A stretch of DNA of 64,000 nucleotides. Source: an uncultured Pseudomonadales bacterium (GTDB lineage: Bacteria > Pseudomonadota > Gammaproteobacteria > Pseudomonadales > JANQJO01). The notes under the pieces were generated by a model. That model had not been told where the DNA came from, searched no databases, and was given only the letters and a program-made list of their open reading frames with translations. Below, in pieces: positions 29,743-40,326 of the stretch. How positions within the stretch are numbered: position 1 is the stretch's first letter; each line of letters begins with the position of its first letter. The position numbers and the translations under genes were made by a program. The stretch covers positions 17,586 to 81,585 of the forward strand of contig CAZECE010000060.1 in assembly GCA_964510525.1 (NCBI GenBank), written 5' to 3'.

Positions 29743-29923
29743 GATGAGTGTCTGGCTGAGATTAAAATGTCAGGAGGCGAGAAGCATATTACAGACCCCA
29801 GGGTAAGCCAACTCCAGAGCTTATCTGCTAGACTGAAATCAGGCATTATTATAGATATATCAAGCGTATATCCCTTGGTGCTCAGGGAAACTCTACTTAG
29901 GAAAGCAGACTCAGGAAAACAGC

Positions 29924-31390
29924 ATGGTCATCGATGTGACGTCTCAGGAAGAACAGCCCATCGAGTTTGTGGTCTTCGGAGCGACCGGCGATTTAAGTCA
30001 GCGCAAATTATTCCCATCGTTGTTTCAATTGTTTTTGGATGATTGTTGGCCTCATTCATTGAGGATTCTAGCTGTGGTCCGATCTGACATGACGCCGCAA
30101 GGCTTTGCCACGTTGATACAACCGGAATGCGAACGTCGGTGTGACGCGTCTCAAACCGAGGCCTTTAAGAATTTCTTAAGTCATATTGAACTGGTCCAAG
30201 TGGATGCCCACTCGCAACACACCTTTGAAAATTTGAGCCAACAATTTACCAAAGCGGCGTACCAGATTTTTTATTTTGCAGTCTCGCCGACGTTATACGA
30301 ACCTTTGATTACTGGGTTGGTGACTCAGCGCTGCATTCGCTCGGATACTCGAGTGGTAATCGAAAAGCCCATTGGTCAAGATTTACCAAGCGCCGAAAAA
30401 ATTCACCATTTGTTGAAAACCGTGTTCGAAGAGCGTCAAATCTTTAGAATCGATCATTACCTAGGAAAAGAAACCGTACAAAACATTATGGCCTTGCGGT
30501 TTGGTAACGCGGTATTAGAACCTTTGTGGCGTGCTGAGCGCATTGATTATATTCAGATCACGGTGGCCGAAACCTTAGGTGTCGAAAATCGTGGGGATTA
30601 TTACGATCAAACTGGCGCGTTGCGGGATATGGTACAGAACCATCTGTTACAGCTGCTGTGTATCACGGCTATGGAGCCGCCGGCGCAATTAAGTGCGTTT
30701 TCGGTGCGAGATGAAAAGCTCAAGGTGTTGTCTTCCCTACGGCCGATTTTACCGGCTGATGTGGTGACGCACACCGTAAGAGGTCAATATCACGTCAATA
30801 CAGTAGAATCGGCGTCACTTGCTTATTCAAAAGAACCGGGTGTTAAATCAGGTTCTCAGACGGAAACGTTCGTGGCCTTGAAAACGCAAATTGATAATTG
30901 GCGTTGGGCTGGCATGCCGATTTATTTGCGTACGGGGAAAAAGCTTCGTGCGCATCGATCGGAAATTTTGATTCAGTTTAAAGATGTCCCGCATAAATTA
31001 TTTCGACATTCCCCTAGCTCTCTATTGGCCAATCGGTTGCTGATCGCTTTACAGCCAGAAGAGAGTATCCAGCTGTTTTTAAATTGTAAGACCCCGGGTA
31101 AGGGCATGAGCCTGGAGCCTGTGGCATTGAATTTGGATCGGGCGCAACAGGCGACTCAGCGCCGCTGGGGGGCTTATGAGCGGTTGATTCTTGATGTGCT
31201 CCAAGGCGACTTAACCTTGTTTATGCGTGAAAAAGAGGTGTCAGCGGCTTGGGGTTGGATTGATCCGATCATCGAAGGCTGGGCGCGCCATATGCCTGTG
31301 CCTGAACCCTACTTCGCTGGATCCTGGGGGCCTGTAGCGGCCGATCAGTTGCTCGCACGCGATGGTTATATTTGGCATAATCCGCTCTGA
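29924..31390 (+). CDS. zwf: Glucose-6-phosphate 1-dehydrogenase
   Basis: VVFGATGDLSQRKLFPSLF and the active-site motif RIDHYLGKE. Confidence 0.96.
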   Translation: MVIDVTSQEEQPIEFVVFGATGDLSQRKLFPSLFQLFLDDCWPHSLRILAVVRSDMTPQGFATLIQPECERRCDASQTEAFKNFLSHIELVQVDAHSQHTFENLSQQFTKAAYQIFYFAVSPTLYEPLITGLVTQRCIRSDTRVVIEKPIGQDLPSAEKIHHLLKTVFEERQIFRIDHYLGKETVQNIMALRFGNAVLEPLWRAERIDYIQITVAETLGVENRGDYYDQTGALRDMVQNHLLQLLCITAMEPPAQLSAFSVRDEKLKVLSSLRPILPADVVTHTVRGQYHVNTVESASLAYSKEPGVKSGSQTETFVALKTQIDNWRWAGMPIYLRTGKKLRAHRSEILIQFKDVPHKLFRHSPSSLLANRLLIALQPEESIQLFLNCKTPGKGMSLEPVALNLDRAQQATQRRWGAYERLILDVLQGDLTLFMREKEVSAAWGWIDPIIEGWARHMPVPEPYFAGSWGPVAADQLLARDGYIWHNPL

Positions 31391-31432
31391 TTTTTCAGCA
31401 GTACTAATAATTTGAGAGTTGGAGAGGTGTTC

Positions 31433-32164
31433 ATGCGTCCCAGTGGCCGTGCAGTCGATGAATTGCGCCAAATTTCGTTAGAGTTAGAGTATACCTGCCA
31501 TGCCGAAGGCGCTGTTCAGGTGTCGTTCGGTAACACTCGGGTGTTGTGTACCGCCAGCGTGGAATCGGGTGTGCCCCGTTTTTTAAAAGGGCAGAAGCAA
31601 GGGTGGCTGACGGCCGAATACGGCATGTTACCGCGATCAACCGGTACTCGGATGGCGCGTGAAGCCAGTCGAGGCAAGCAAGGCGGGCGAACCCTGGAAA
31701 TTAGCCGTTTGATTGGTCGCTCACTGCGTTCTTGTGTGGACCTGACGGCATTAGGTGAAAATACCATCACCATTGATTGCGATGTCATTCAAGCGGATGG
31801 CGGGACTCGTACGGCAGCGATCACTGGGGGGCAGGTGGCCTTGGTGATGGCGTTGCATTGGATGCAGCGCGAAAAGAAGGTGAGTACGTTGCCGCTTAAT
31901 CATTGGATTGCTTCGGTTTCCGCCGGGGTTTATCAAGGTGAAGCTGTTTTGGATTTGGATTATGCCGAAGATTCTAATGCGGAAACCGACATGAATTTGG
32001 TCATGACAGAACACGGCACCTTAATTGAGGTGCAGGGCACGGCAGAAGGTAAGCCGTTTACGCCCGAAGAACTGAATTCTATGTTGGCGTTAGGGCGTCA
32101 GGGTATTGCTACGTTGATTGGGCATCAGCGTTCGGCCGTGTCTTCCTGGTTGAAAGAAAGGTGA
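31433..32164 (+). CDS. rph: Ribonuclease PH
   Basis: [12 protein letters not shown]...[20 protein letters not shown] 31433 is preceded by GGAGAGG. The track start at 31412 (TTG) is probably over-extended. Confidence 0.95.
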   Translation: MRPSGRAVDELRQISLELEYTCHAEGAVQVSFGNTRVLCTASVESGVPRFLKGQKQGWLTAEYGMLPRSTGTRMAREASRGKQGGRTLEISRLIGRSLRSCVDLTALGENTITIDCDVIQADGGTRTAAITGGQVALVMALHWMQREKKVSTLPLNHWIASVSAGVYQGEAVLDLDYAEDSNAETDMNLVMTEHGTLIEVQGTAEGKPFTPEELNSMLALGRQGIATLIGHQRSAVSSWLKER

Positions 32165-32802
32165 ATCACGCTATGTCTGAATCACTCATTCAACTCATCG
32201 AGCAGCATCAAGCCCTTCAAGTGGGCGAATTTGTCTTGAAGTCTGGCATTAAAAGTCCGGTGTTTTTTAATTTTGGTTTGATCAACACAGCGACTGGCTT
32301 GTCGCAGTTGGGTGAGATGTTTCGAGATCGCATTCTCGAGCAGGGCTGGGCATTCGATTATTTGGTCGGGCCGGCTTATAAAGGCATTCCGATTGCCACA
32401 GCCACCGCGGTCAGTTTGGCCGCTCTGGACAATATGCCGAACATGCAAAACCTTAAGCTGGCCTACAATCGCAAAGAGGCTAAATCGCACGGTGAAGGCG
32501 GGGCTTGGGTGGGCGACATCAGTCGATCCAAAGTGGTGTTAATCGACGATGTATTAACGGCAGGTACGGCCCTCAGTCAGGCCGTGGCAGCGGTGAAAGC
32601 GGCCGAAGCGGAGTTGTTGGGCGTGGTGATTGCGCTTGATCGTGAACAAAAAGGCCGTGATGGCAAAACGACGGCTGATCGCTTACAAGCTGAATGGGGG
32701 GTGCCCGTGGTGAGTTTGCTGACATTAACGCAAATGATTTCCTATTATAAAAAGATAGGTGATGAAAAAATCTTGGTGGCTTTGCAATCGATTGCTGGCT
32801 AA
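32161..32802 (+). CDS. pyrE: Orotate phosphoribosyltransferase
   Basis: PRPP-binding loop [14 protein letters not shown]. The start is either GTG 32161 or ATG 32173. Confidence 0.93.
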   Translation: MNHAMSESLIQLIEQHQALQVGEFVLKSGIKSPVFFNFGLINTATGLSQLGEMFRDRILEQGWAFDYLVGPAYKGIPIATATAVSLAALDNMPNMQNLKLAYNRKEAKSHGEGGAWVGDISRSKVVLIDDVLTAGTALSQAVAAVKAAEAELLGVVIALDREQKGRDGKTTADRLQAEWGVPVVSLLTLTQMISYYKKIGDEKILVALQSIAG

Positions 32803-32818
32803 GTGCTTGTAAAGGAAT

Positions 32819-33562
32819 GTGGAAATTGTTCACAAAGTGTTTAAAAAGACGTTGGATAACGGCATGAAACCCTCTTTTTCGGGCAGAGTAAAACCCTCTT
32901 TCTTGGACAGAGTTTATACTTCTGTGATGGGTTCAAGCGCTAGCTTAGCATTGGGTCTACCCATAGTTGCAGGTATGAGCCTGAGTGTTGTCAGTCTTGA
33001 AGTCAGAAGCAACGAGGAATTACCGGTCTTTATGTATCGCTATACCGATCAGAAGGGCCGCAGCGTTGTTTCCCAGCAAGTGCCGCCAGAAGCTTATGTG
33101 CATGGCTATGAAGCGCTTGGTGAAGATGGCAACGTTCTCTATAAGGTTGATCCGCCGCCTACCGATGAAGAGCGTGCGGAATACGAGCGTGAAAAGAAAT
33201 ATAAAAAGCGCGCTGAAGAGCTCAAACTTCAGGATCAGGCGTTATTAAAAACGTATTCCAGTCCAGATGATGCGGTTCGTACGAAAGAAAGAAAGCTGCA
33301 GCAGCTTAATGTGACCATTGAAATAACCGAAGCTAAAATCAATCAATCACGGTTGCAATATGAGCATCTGTTGAATCAAGCGGCCGATTTGGAAAAACGT
33401 GGCCGAGACATTGATGCCGGCATATTAGCTAACATGGACAGTTTAGAAGCGCAAATTCAGGATTTAGAAGGCTTCATTGATAATAAAAACAAGGAAAAAC
33501 AGCGCATCATTGAAGATTATGATCTGCTGGCTGAGCGCTTAAAAAAGCTCATGGCACAATAA
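32819..33562 (+). CDS. DUF4124-like secreted coiled-coil protein
   Basis: FMYRYTDQKGRSVVSQQVPPE resembles the DUF4124 N-terminal motif. The C-terminal half is K/E-rich coiled coil. The start is uncertain (GTG 32819, ATG 32864 or ATG 32927). Confidence 0.6.
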   Translation: MEIVHKVFKKTLDNGMKPSFSGRVKPSFLDRVYTSVMGSSASLALGLPIVAGMSLSVVSLEVRSNEELPVFMYRYTDQKGRSVVSQQVPPEAYVHGYEALGEDGNVLYKVDPPPTDEERAEYEREKKYKKRAEELKLQDQALLKTYSSPDDAVRTKERKLQQLNVTIEITEAKINQSRLQYEHLLNQAADLEKRGRDIDAGILANMDSLEAQIQDLEGFIDNKNKEKQRIIEDYDLLAERLKKLMAQ

Positions 33563-33602
33563 GCTCATTGAAACAACAAAACCATTGAAAAATAAGATTC
33601 GG

Positions 33603-34511
<909 letters not shown>

Positions 34512-34517
34512 TCAGAG

Positions 34518-37082
34518 TTAGAAGGGCAGGTCTAAGTCACCTTTCACGTTGAGTAAGTTTTGGCGAAATTCAGCCTGGATAGCGGTCAGTTGTTCTTCAT
34601 CCGAGGCTTCGAAGCGAGCGACCAAGCAGGGGGTGGTGTTTGATGCTCTCACCAGTCCCCAGCCATTGGCGTAATCCACTCGAATCCCATCAATGGTAGA
34701 GACGTGTCCGTCAGAAAAAGTCCCAGTTTGGGTGACTTGAGAAATAATTTGAAATTTCTCTTGTTCGCTGACTTTAATGTTAATTTCTGGAGTGGCATGC
34801 AATTTAGGGATGTCAGCCATTAACGCATCAATGCCATTGTTGTCCGCGGCAATGATTTCTAGTAGACGGGCTGCACTGTATAACGCATCGTCGAAACCAA
34901 ACCAGCGGTCATTGAAAAAGATATGGCCGCTCATTTCTCCTGCCAATAACGCCCCCGTCTCTTTCATTTTGGCTTTAATCAAGGAGTGGCCGGTTTTCCA
35001 CATGACAGGCTGGCCTCCTAGGTCTTGAATAAACCCCTTTAAGCTACCAGTGCATTTGACGTCATAAATAATGGTGCCTTCACCTTTGTTGTCTGACAGC
35101 ACCTGTCGGGCAAATAACATCAGCAGTCGATCCGGAAAAACCATATCACCAGTCGGGGTAACAACGCCTAAGCGATCGCCGTCGCCATCAAACGCCAGGC
35201 CGACATCGGCTTGGTTCTCGGCAACGCTTTGAGTGAGGTCTGCCAGATTTTCAGGCTTGCTCGGATCCGGATGATGGTTTGGAAAGTTCCCATCGATGTC
35301 GCAGTATAAGGGAATAACCTCGCAGCCCAGTTGTTCAATTAATTGAACGGCTAATGGTCCTGCCACCCCGTTGCCTGCATCCACCACTACTTTTAGAGGG
35401 CGAGACAAGCTGACATCGGAGCAGACTCGATTTAAGTAGTTAGGCTGATTGTCGGATTCAGAGGTGGAGCCAGAGCCGGTTTTTAGTAGATCGTGTTCAA
35501 TAAAACGTTTTAGGTCGAGGATGTGTTGCCCAAAAAGCGTTTCGCCACCAACAACCATTTTAAAGCCATTGTAGTTGGGTGGGTTGTGGCTGCCCGTGAC
35601 CATCACGCCTGATTTATAATCGGCCTGGGTCGCGGCAAAGTACACAAGAGGGGTGGGTACTTCACCAATGTCGGTGACATTGCAACCGGACTGACAAATG
35701 CCTTGGATGAGTGCTTGGCTCATGTCTGGTGATGAAATACGGCCGTCTCTGCCAACGGCGATTTCTTTAAACCCTTTGTTTAACGTATAGGTGCCAATAG
35801 CTTGCCCTAATGTTTTGACAAATGCGGGCGTCAATGAATCGCCTACAATGCCGCGAATATCATACTGACGAAACACTTCACTGGGCAGTTGAGCCTGCTT
35901 AGATGCACCTTCTGCTTTTTCTTCTGCTTCGTCAGCGGCGGGTGCGAACAAGTCCTCGTCTTCAAAGTTGATGTCTAAATCCATAAAATCTTCTTCCTCT
36001 TCTTCTTTTGCGGGTTGTGTCGGTTTGTTTTGAGGTGTTTGTGTGGTGTTTGTCGTTTTGGCCACATTGCTGCTGGAAGGGCTCGATTTAAGCATGTCCT
36101 TTAGAGTGTTTTCAGCAACAAAAAATGCTTGCCATTGGTAGGGCGACTTCTTGTTATTGGAGGAGGGCTTTCGGCTAGCCGCAAGCAGGTTTTTTAAGTC
36201 TGATTTAATCCGGTTGTTGATTTGCCAGTAACTTAAACCAATCAATAGCAGAGCTAATACAGTAGCAGCCGCCGCTAAGCCCCAATAGAGGAGTTGATTG
36301 AATAAGCTTGAAACAGTTTTGCGCCCTAGATTGTATTCAATAGACCACTGAGTGTTATCTTGGGTTACGTTGGTTGATGGCCCGGATAGTGTGTTTTCAT
36401 TACCTAAGGTGTACATGGGTTGCGTTTTTCCACCCTCATTTACGAGGGAAATGCGTAGGCTGCTTTGTCCGTTATTTAGTTGAGGCAGTGTTTTGAAAAT
36501 AGAAGCGCCCTCAAACACAACGGTGGCACTGCCGATAACGTTGTCATCAATTTTAATGGGGGTGCCAAGAATCAAAAAAGGTTGGTTCTGATTTTTAAAA
36601 TACTCCAAAGGGGGCGTCTCACCCTTATCCAGTTTTCTTATTAAGTTTTGCGTGGTGAAACTGATTTCTTCCGACTTTTTGCGGGTTCTTAAAGATCCTT
36701 TTGGCAGCAAATAAACTTGGCTGGCGTGTGGCAGGATGGCTTTCAGCGTGCCTTCTAATGAGGATAATAGCGCTAGATTTTGATTTTCTATGGCATCCAA
36801 AACGAGTGTATCTTGTGTGATGCCGGCTAACGAATTGTCGAAAAGGCTTGAAAGATTCTTAAGCTGATGGGCGATCTCATCCGTCGTTGTTTTTTGAACC
36901 AGCTGGGTGGTTTGCTTGACTAGCTCTGAAATGACCAGCGTTTTAATCAAGCCGAAAGAGAGTAGGGTGGAAACAGCCAACAACCCAACAAAAATCAGTT
37001 GTTGATTAAGGGCGGCTCGAGTTGCTGGAGCGGTATTGGAGGAATCCTGCTTGCCTTTTTTGCTCACAAGCTTTTTTTTCAC
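34518..37082 (-). CDS. algC: Phosphomannomutase/phosphoglucomutase with a ~400-aa N-terminal membrane/periplasmic extension
   Basis: The C-terminal ~460 aa is canonical: phosphoserine loop TGSHNPPNYNGFK, Mg loop FDGDGDRLG, and GEMSGH. The N-terminal part holds TM1 (LIFVGLLAVSTLLSFGLI), a ~210-aa Cache-like segment, TM2 (LLYWGLAAAATVLALLLIGLSYW) and an acidic linker (KEEEEEDFMDLDINFEDEDLF). Confidence 0.9.
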   Translation of the reverse strand: MKKKLVSKKGKQDSSNTAPATRAALNQQLIFVGLLAVSTLLSFGLIKTLVISELVKQTTQLVQKTTTDEIAHQLKNLSSLFDNSLAGITQDTLVLDAIENQNLALLSSLEGTLKAILPHASQVYLLPKGSLRTRKKSEEISFTTQNLIRKLDKGETPPLEYFKNQNQPFLILGTPIKIDDNVIGSATVVFEGASIFKTLPQLNNGQSSLRISLVNEGGKTQPMYTLGNENTLSGPSTNVTQDNTQWSIEYNLGRKTVSSLFNQLLYWGLAAAATVLALLLIGLSYWQINNRIKSDLKNLLAASRKPSSNNKKSPYQWQAFFVAENTLKDMLKSSPSSSNVAKTTNTTQTPQNKPTQPAKEEEEEDFMDLDINFEDEDLFAPAADEAEEKAEGASKQAQLPSEVFRQYDIRGIVGDSLTPAFVKTLGQAIGTYTLNKGFKEIAVGRDGRISSPDMSQALIQGICQSGCNVTDIGEVPTPLVYFAATQADYKSGVMVTGSHNPPNYNGFKMVVGGETLFGQHILDLKRFIEHDLLKTGSGSTSESDNQPNYLNRVCSDVSLSRPLKVVVDAGNGVAGPLAVQLIEQLGCEVIPLYCDIDGNFPNHHPDPSKPENLADLTQSVAENQADVGLAFDGDGDRLGVVTPTGDMVFPDRLLMLFARQVLSDNKGEGTIIYDVKCTGSLKGFIQDLGGQPVMWKTGHSLIKAKMKETGALLAGEMSGHIFFNDRWFGFDDALYSAARLLEIIAADNNGIDALMADIPKLHATPEINIKVSEQEKFQIISQVTQTGTFSDGHVSTIDGIRVDYANGWGLVRASNTTPCLVARFEASDEEQLTAIQAEFRQNLLNVKGDLDLPF

Positions 37083-37145
37083 AAAGACCTTCCTTAGTTG
37101 GATCTGGCGGGATGGCGGTATTGGTCGGGAAGCCGTACTTGGGCT

Positions 37146-38378
37146 TCAATCATATTTGCTGCGGAATGTATCCGACAAATGATCCCATATCAAATCAGCG
37201 ATTGCCAGTTTGCTTGATGGCGGAATTGAGGTTTCGCCCTGATCATCAATCAGTAAGACAGCGTTATGGTCGCTGTTGAACCCGAGGTGGTTGGATGATA
37301 CGTCATTGGCGATGATGACATCCAGCTGTTTTCTCCGGCGCTTTTCTCTGGCATAAGCGCTGACTTGCTCTGTTTCAGCTGCAAAACCGACCATCAATTT
37401 TGGTTGGCATTTGTCTTTGACTGCAAGCAAGATATCGGGGTTTTTTTGCAGCTGAAGAGCTAGGGTGTTTTGAGCCGGTTCTTTTTTGATTTTTTGTGCC
37501 GCTATCTGTGCGGGCGCAAAATCGCACACCGCAGCAACGCCGACAAAAATGTCGCAAGATTGACCGAACTCGATGGCGGTCGTGAGCATCTCTTCTGCTG
37601 TTGTGACGGCGTGCCTGGTAACGCCGCTTGGGGGGGGCAATTGAGTGGGGCCAGAGATTAAGTGTACGTTGGCTCCGCGTTGTGCTGCGGCTTGGGCTAG
37701 GGCATAACCCATTTTGCCAGAGCTTTTGTTGGTTATGAATCGTACTGGATCTAAAGGTTCTTGGGTGGGGCCGGCGGTGAGGGTGATGTTGAGTCCGGTT
37801 AAGTCGTTCGGCTTTCTGGTTGGATCGAGGGGCGCCTTTTGTGCTTCGAGAGACTTGATGCAGTGTTTTACCAGTTCGTCAGGTTCTGGCAGTCGGCCGG
37901 GCCCATTTTCACCGCAGGCTTGTTCGCCACTGGCAGGTGGAATAATATCGACGCCATCTGCTTCCAGCTGAGCAATATTTCTGCTTGTGCTCGGGTGTTG
38001 CCACATTTGTTGGTTCATAGCGGGAGCCATGATCACGGGCGCGTTGGTGGCCAGATACACCGTGCTAATGAGATCGCTGGCTAAGCCTTGGGCGCATTTG
38101 GCCAGGGTGTTGGCGCTGGCAGGAGCAATCAGTATTAAATCTGGCCAACGAGCAAGTTCAATATGAGGCATGCCAAGCTCTGCAGCGGGGTCAAGCAGGT
38201 CTGTTGCGACCGGTTGCTGGCTCAAGGTTTGAAGCGTCAAAGGGGTGATGAATGATTGTGCGGCTTGAGTCATCATGCATCGCACATCCATGCCTTGTTT
38301 TTTGAATAACCGAACGAGTTCGGCTGATTTGTAAGCGGCTATGCCTCCTGAGATGGCTAAAAGAATCTTATAGGGCAT
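37146..38378 (-). CDS. coaBC: Bifunctional phosphopantothenoylcysteine decarboxylase / phosphopantothenate-cysteine ligase
   Basis: 410 aa. ILLAISGGIAAYK flavoprotein N-terminus, PAMNQQMW, and a C-terminal CoaB domain (ITNKSSGKMG). Confidence 0.95.
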   Translation of the reverse strand: MPYKILLAISGGIAAYKSAELVRLFKKQGMDVRCMMTQAAQSFITPLTLQTLSQQPVATDLLDPAAELGMPHIELARWPDLILIAPASANTLAKCAQGLASDLISTVYLATNAPVIMAPAMNQQMWQHPSTSRNIAQLEADGVDIIPPASGEQACGENGPGRLPEPDELVKHCIKSLEAQKAPLDPTRKPNDLTGLNITLTAGPTQEPLDPVRFITNKSSGKMGYALAQAAAQRGANVHLISGPTQLPPPSGVTRHAVTTAEEMLTTAIEFGQSCDIFVGVAAVCDFAPAQIAAQKIKKEPAQNTLALQLQKNPDILLAVKDKCQPKLMVGFAAETEQVSAYAREKRRRKQLDVIIANDVSSNHLGFNSDHNAVLLIDDQGETSIPPSSKLAIADLIWDHLSDTFRSKYD

Positions 38379-38417
38379 GGTAGAGGGTCAGTGAGTGTGT
38401 CAGATGAGAAATTGAAT

Positions 38418-38445
38418 TAGACAAATGTGCTTAGGTTGGTAGAAT
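38418..38445 (+). promoter_or_regulatory. Candidate sigma70 promoter for rpmB-rpmG
   Basis: TAGACA (38418-38423), 16-nt spacer, TAGAAT (38440-38445), about 135 nt upstream of the rpmB ATG. This is a sequence match only. Confidence 0.3.
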
Positions 38446-38501
38446 AGCACAGTTTTTTTACTAGAATTCACGGGTGTTGCTATATTATTTAGTCCTATCC
38501 A

Positions 38502-38528
38502 GTATTAAATATTTTTGTATTAAATATT
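38502..38528 (+). repeat. 12-bp direct repeat GTATTAAATATT x2 in the rpmB 5' leader
   Basis: Copies at 38502-38513 and 38517-38528, separated by TTT, in an AT-rich leader 50-80 nt upstream of the rpmB ATG. Confidence 0.6.
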
Positions 38529-38579
38529 AAAGTTGCTGCGTTTTTTTGAAAACTTGGAAGATCTTGTAAGGAAGTTACT

Positions 38580-38816
38580 ATGTCTCGGAAATGTTTGGTT
38601 ACCAACAAGCGCCCTTTAAAAGGCAATCATGTATCGCACGCGAACAACAAACGTAAGCGTCGTTTTTTACCTAACCTGGTTCAGCACAAGTTTTGGGTGG
38701 CCAGTGAGAAGCGTTTTGTGAAGTTAAGACTTTCGGCTAAAGGCCTGAGAATCGTTGATAAAAAAGGGATCGAAGCGGTTTTAAAAGACCTGCGAGCCCA
38801 AGGGCATGCCGTTTAA
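38580..38816 (+). CDS. rpmB: 50S ribosomal protein L28
   Basis: [33 protein letters not shown]. Confidence 0.97.
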   Translation: MSRKCLVTNKRPLKGNHVSHANNKRKRRFLPNLVQHKFWVASEKRFVKLRLSAKGLRIVDKKGIEAVLKDLRAQGHAV

Positions 38817-38863
38817 GTTAAGGCATGCGGTTTATATTTTTAGTTAAATTTGAGGTTTGATAC

Positions 38864-39019
38864 ATGCGAGAGAAAGTCAGATTAAAGTCTCCACTGGGAA
38901 CAGGTCACTGTTATTACACGACCAAAAATAAGCGTAATATGACAGGCAAAATGACCAAAAAGAAATACGACCCCATTGCTCGGCAGCACGCTGAGTACAA
39001 AGAAGTTAAGTTGAAGTAA
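38864..39019 (+). CDS. rpmG: 50S ribosomal protein L33
   Basis: 51-aa ORF below the track cutoff: [51 protein letters not shown]. It follows rpmB as usual. Confidence 0.93.
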   Translation: MREKVRLKSPLGTGHCYYTTKNKRNMTGKMTKKKYDPIARQHAEYKEVKLK

Positions 39020-39044
39020 TACCTGCTTTATCCTTTTTTAGTTC

Positions 39045-39088
39045 TGTCATTAAGGCCTATGCATTAAGAGTGTAGCGCCTTAATGACA
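39045..39088. terminator. 12-bp perfect inverted repeat between convergent rpmG and the desaturase gene
   Basis: TGTCATTAAGGC (39045-39056) pairs with GCCTTAATGACA (39077-39088) across a 20-nt loop that contains the desaturase stop codon. There is no clear U-tract, so terminator function is unproven. Confidence 0.3.
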
Positions 39089-40256
39089 ATGAAAACTCTT
39101 CCAAGGCTTGAATGCCCGTCATTTCCGCTCTTCGGCACCATTCCGATAATTGTTCCGTCATCTCAGCTTTACTCATTGATGTTCTTTCCCAAATTTGTTG
39201 CAGCTGAATTTTGTATTGGTAAATCGTATCCAGAGATGGGTTTTGGTTGAGGATGGCCTCTAACGACAGCCTTGTTTTGGGGTCTAGAGTATGAGGAATT
39301 TTGCTTAACAGTGTTTTGGCTTTGTTTAACACGGCTCGACCGTTCGCATCCGCAGTGGTTTTGGCTTGAGCCACCATTGGGCTGACCACGGTCTTGCGAT
39401 AAAGAGCCATGACTTGGAATCGGTTATGAATGACGGCTTTTAATGTGTCAAAGTCTATTTCGTATTTGTTAGGGTCTAATACGGCTTTGGGTGGGGTGCG
39501 GTTCACGTTGGCCAGTTTTAATAGACTCAGCAGTTTGATGTAAAACCAACCGGCGTCAAACTCCCATTTTTTACAGGCCAGTTTGGCTGAGTTTGGGTAG
39601 GTGTGGTGATTGTTATGCAGCTCTTCACCGCCGATTAATATGCCCCAGGGTACGATGTTGCGGGAAGCATCTTTGACTTCGTAGTTTCGATAGCCCCAGT
39701 AATGGCCAATACCGTTGATAACGCCTGCGGCTAACAAGGGAATCCAGATCATTTGTATCGCCCAAATGGTGAGCCCAATAGGCCCCCATAGGCACAGGTT
39801 GATGAGCAGCATCAAGCTGACACCCCATTTGTCGTGCTTTGAATAAAGGTTTTTTTCGATCCAGTCATTGGGGGTGCCTTGGCCAAACTGAGCAAGGGTT
39901 GCTTCGTTTTGGGCTTCGGCTTGATAAAGCTCAGCACCCTCTCTGAGTACTTTTCTCAGACCCAGTACCTGTGGACTATGAGGGTCATCGGGGGTTTCGC
40001 ATTTCGCGTGGTGCTTGCGGTGGATGGCGGTCCAGTGCCGGGTCACCATGCCCGTGGTCAGCCACAACCAAAAGCGGAAAAAGTGCTGAACAAGAGGGTG
40101 TAAATTCAGGGCTCGGTGAGCTGAGAATCGATGAAGATAGACGGTAACGGCAATAATGGTGATGTGTGTTAAAAGCAGGGTGTACCCAATGACGCCCAGT
40201 ACGCTGAACGAGAAGTCTTGATGCAAAAAAAAGGCGTGTTCTAATAATGAAAGCAT
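39057..40256 (-). CDS. Membrane fatty-acid (acyl-CoA/acyl-lipid delta-9-type) desaturase
   Basis: Three His boxes (HRFSAHRAL, HRKHHAKCETPDDPHSP, HNNHHTYP) and TM helices. I prefer ATG 40256 (MLSLLEHAFF...). The track's 40367 start would overlap the divergent mutM start. Confidence 0.85.
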   Translation of the reverse strand: MLSLLEHAFFLHQDFSFSVLGVIGYTLLLTHITIIAVTVYLHRFSAHRALNLHPLVQHFFRFWLWLTTGMVTRHWTAIHRKHHAKCETPDDPHSPQVLGLRKVLREGAELYQAEAQNEATLAQFGQGTPNDWIEKNLYSKHDKWGVSLMLLINLCLWGPIGLTIWAIQMIWIPLLAAGVINGIGHYWGYRNYEVKDASRNIVPWGILIGGEELHNNHHTYPNSAKLACKKWEFDAGWFYIKLLSLLKLANVNRTPPKAVLDPNKYEIDFDTLKAVIHNRFQVMALYRKTVVSPMVAQAKTTADANGRAVLNKAKTLLSKIPHTLDPKTRLSLEAILNQNPSLDTIYQYKIQLQQIWERTSMSKAEMTEQLSEWCRRAEMTGIQALEEFSLSLRRYTLNA

Positions 40257-40326
40257 TCTAAAAACCTGAGTTGAAAGCTGATATCCTAATAATGCTTTAA
40301 GTCTACCCGAAAATGGAAGCCCTGCC

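Noticed and set aside
29767-30042. 91-aa ORF preceded by AGGAGG in the fmt-zwf intergenic region
   Set aside because: It runs into and overlaps the zwf start in another frame, and its sequence has no recognisable features. The region is more likely the divergent promoter region for fmt and zwf.
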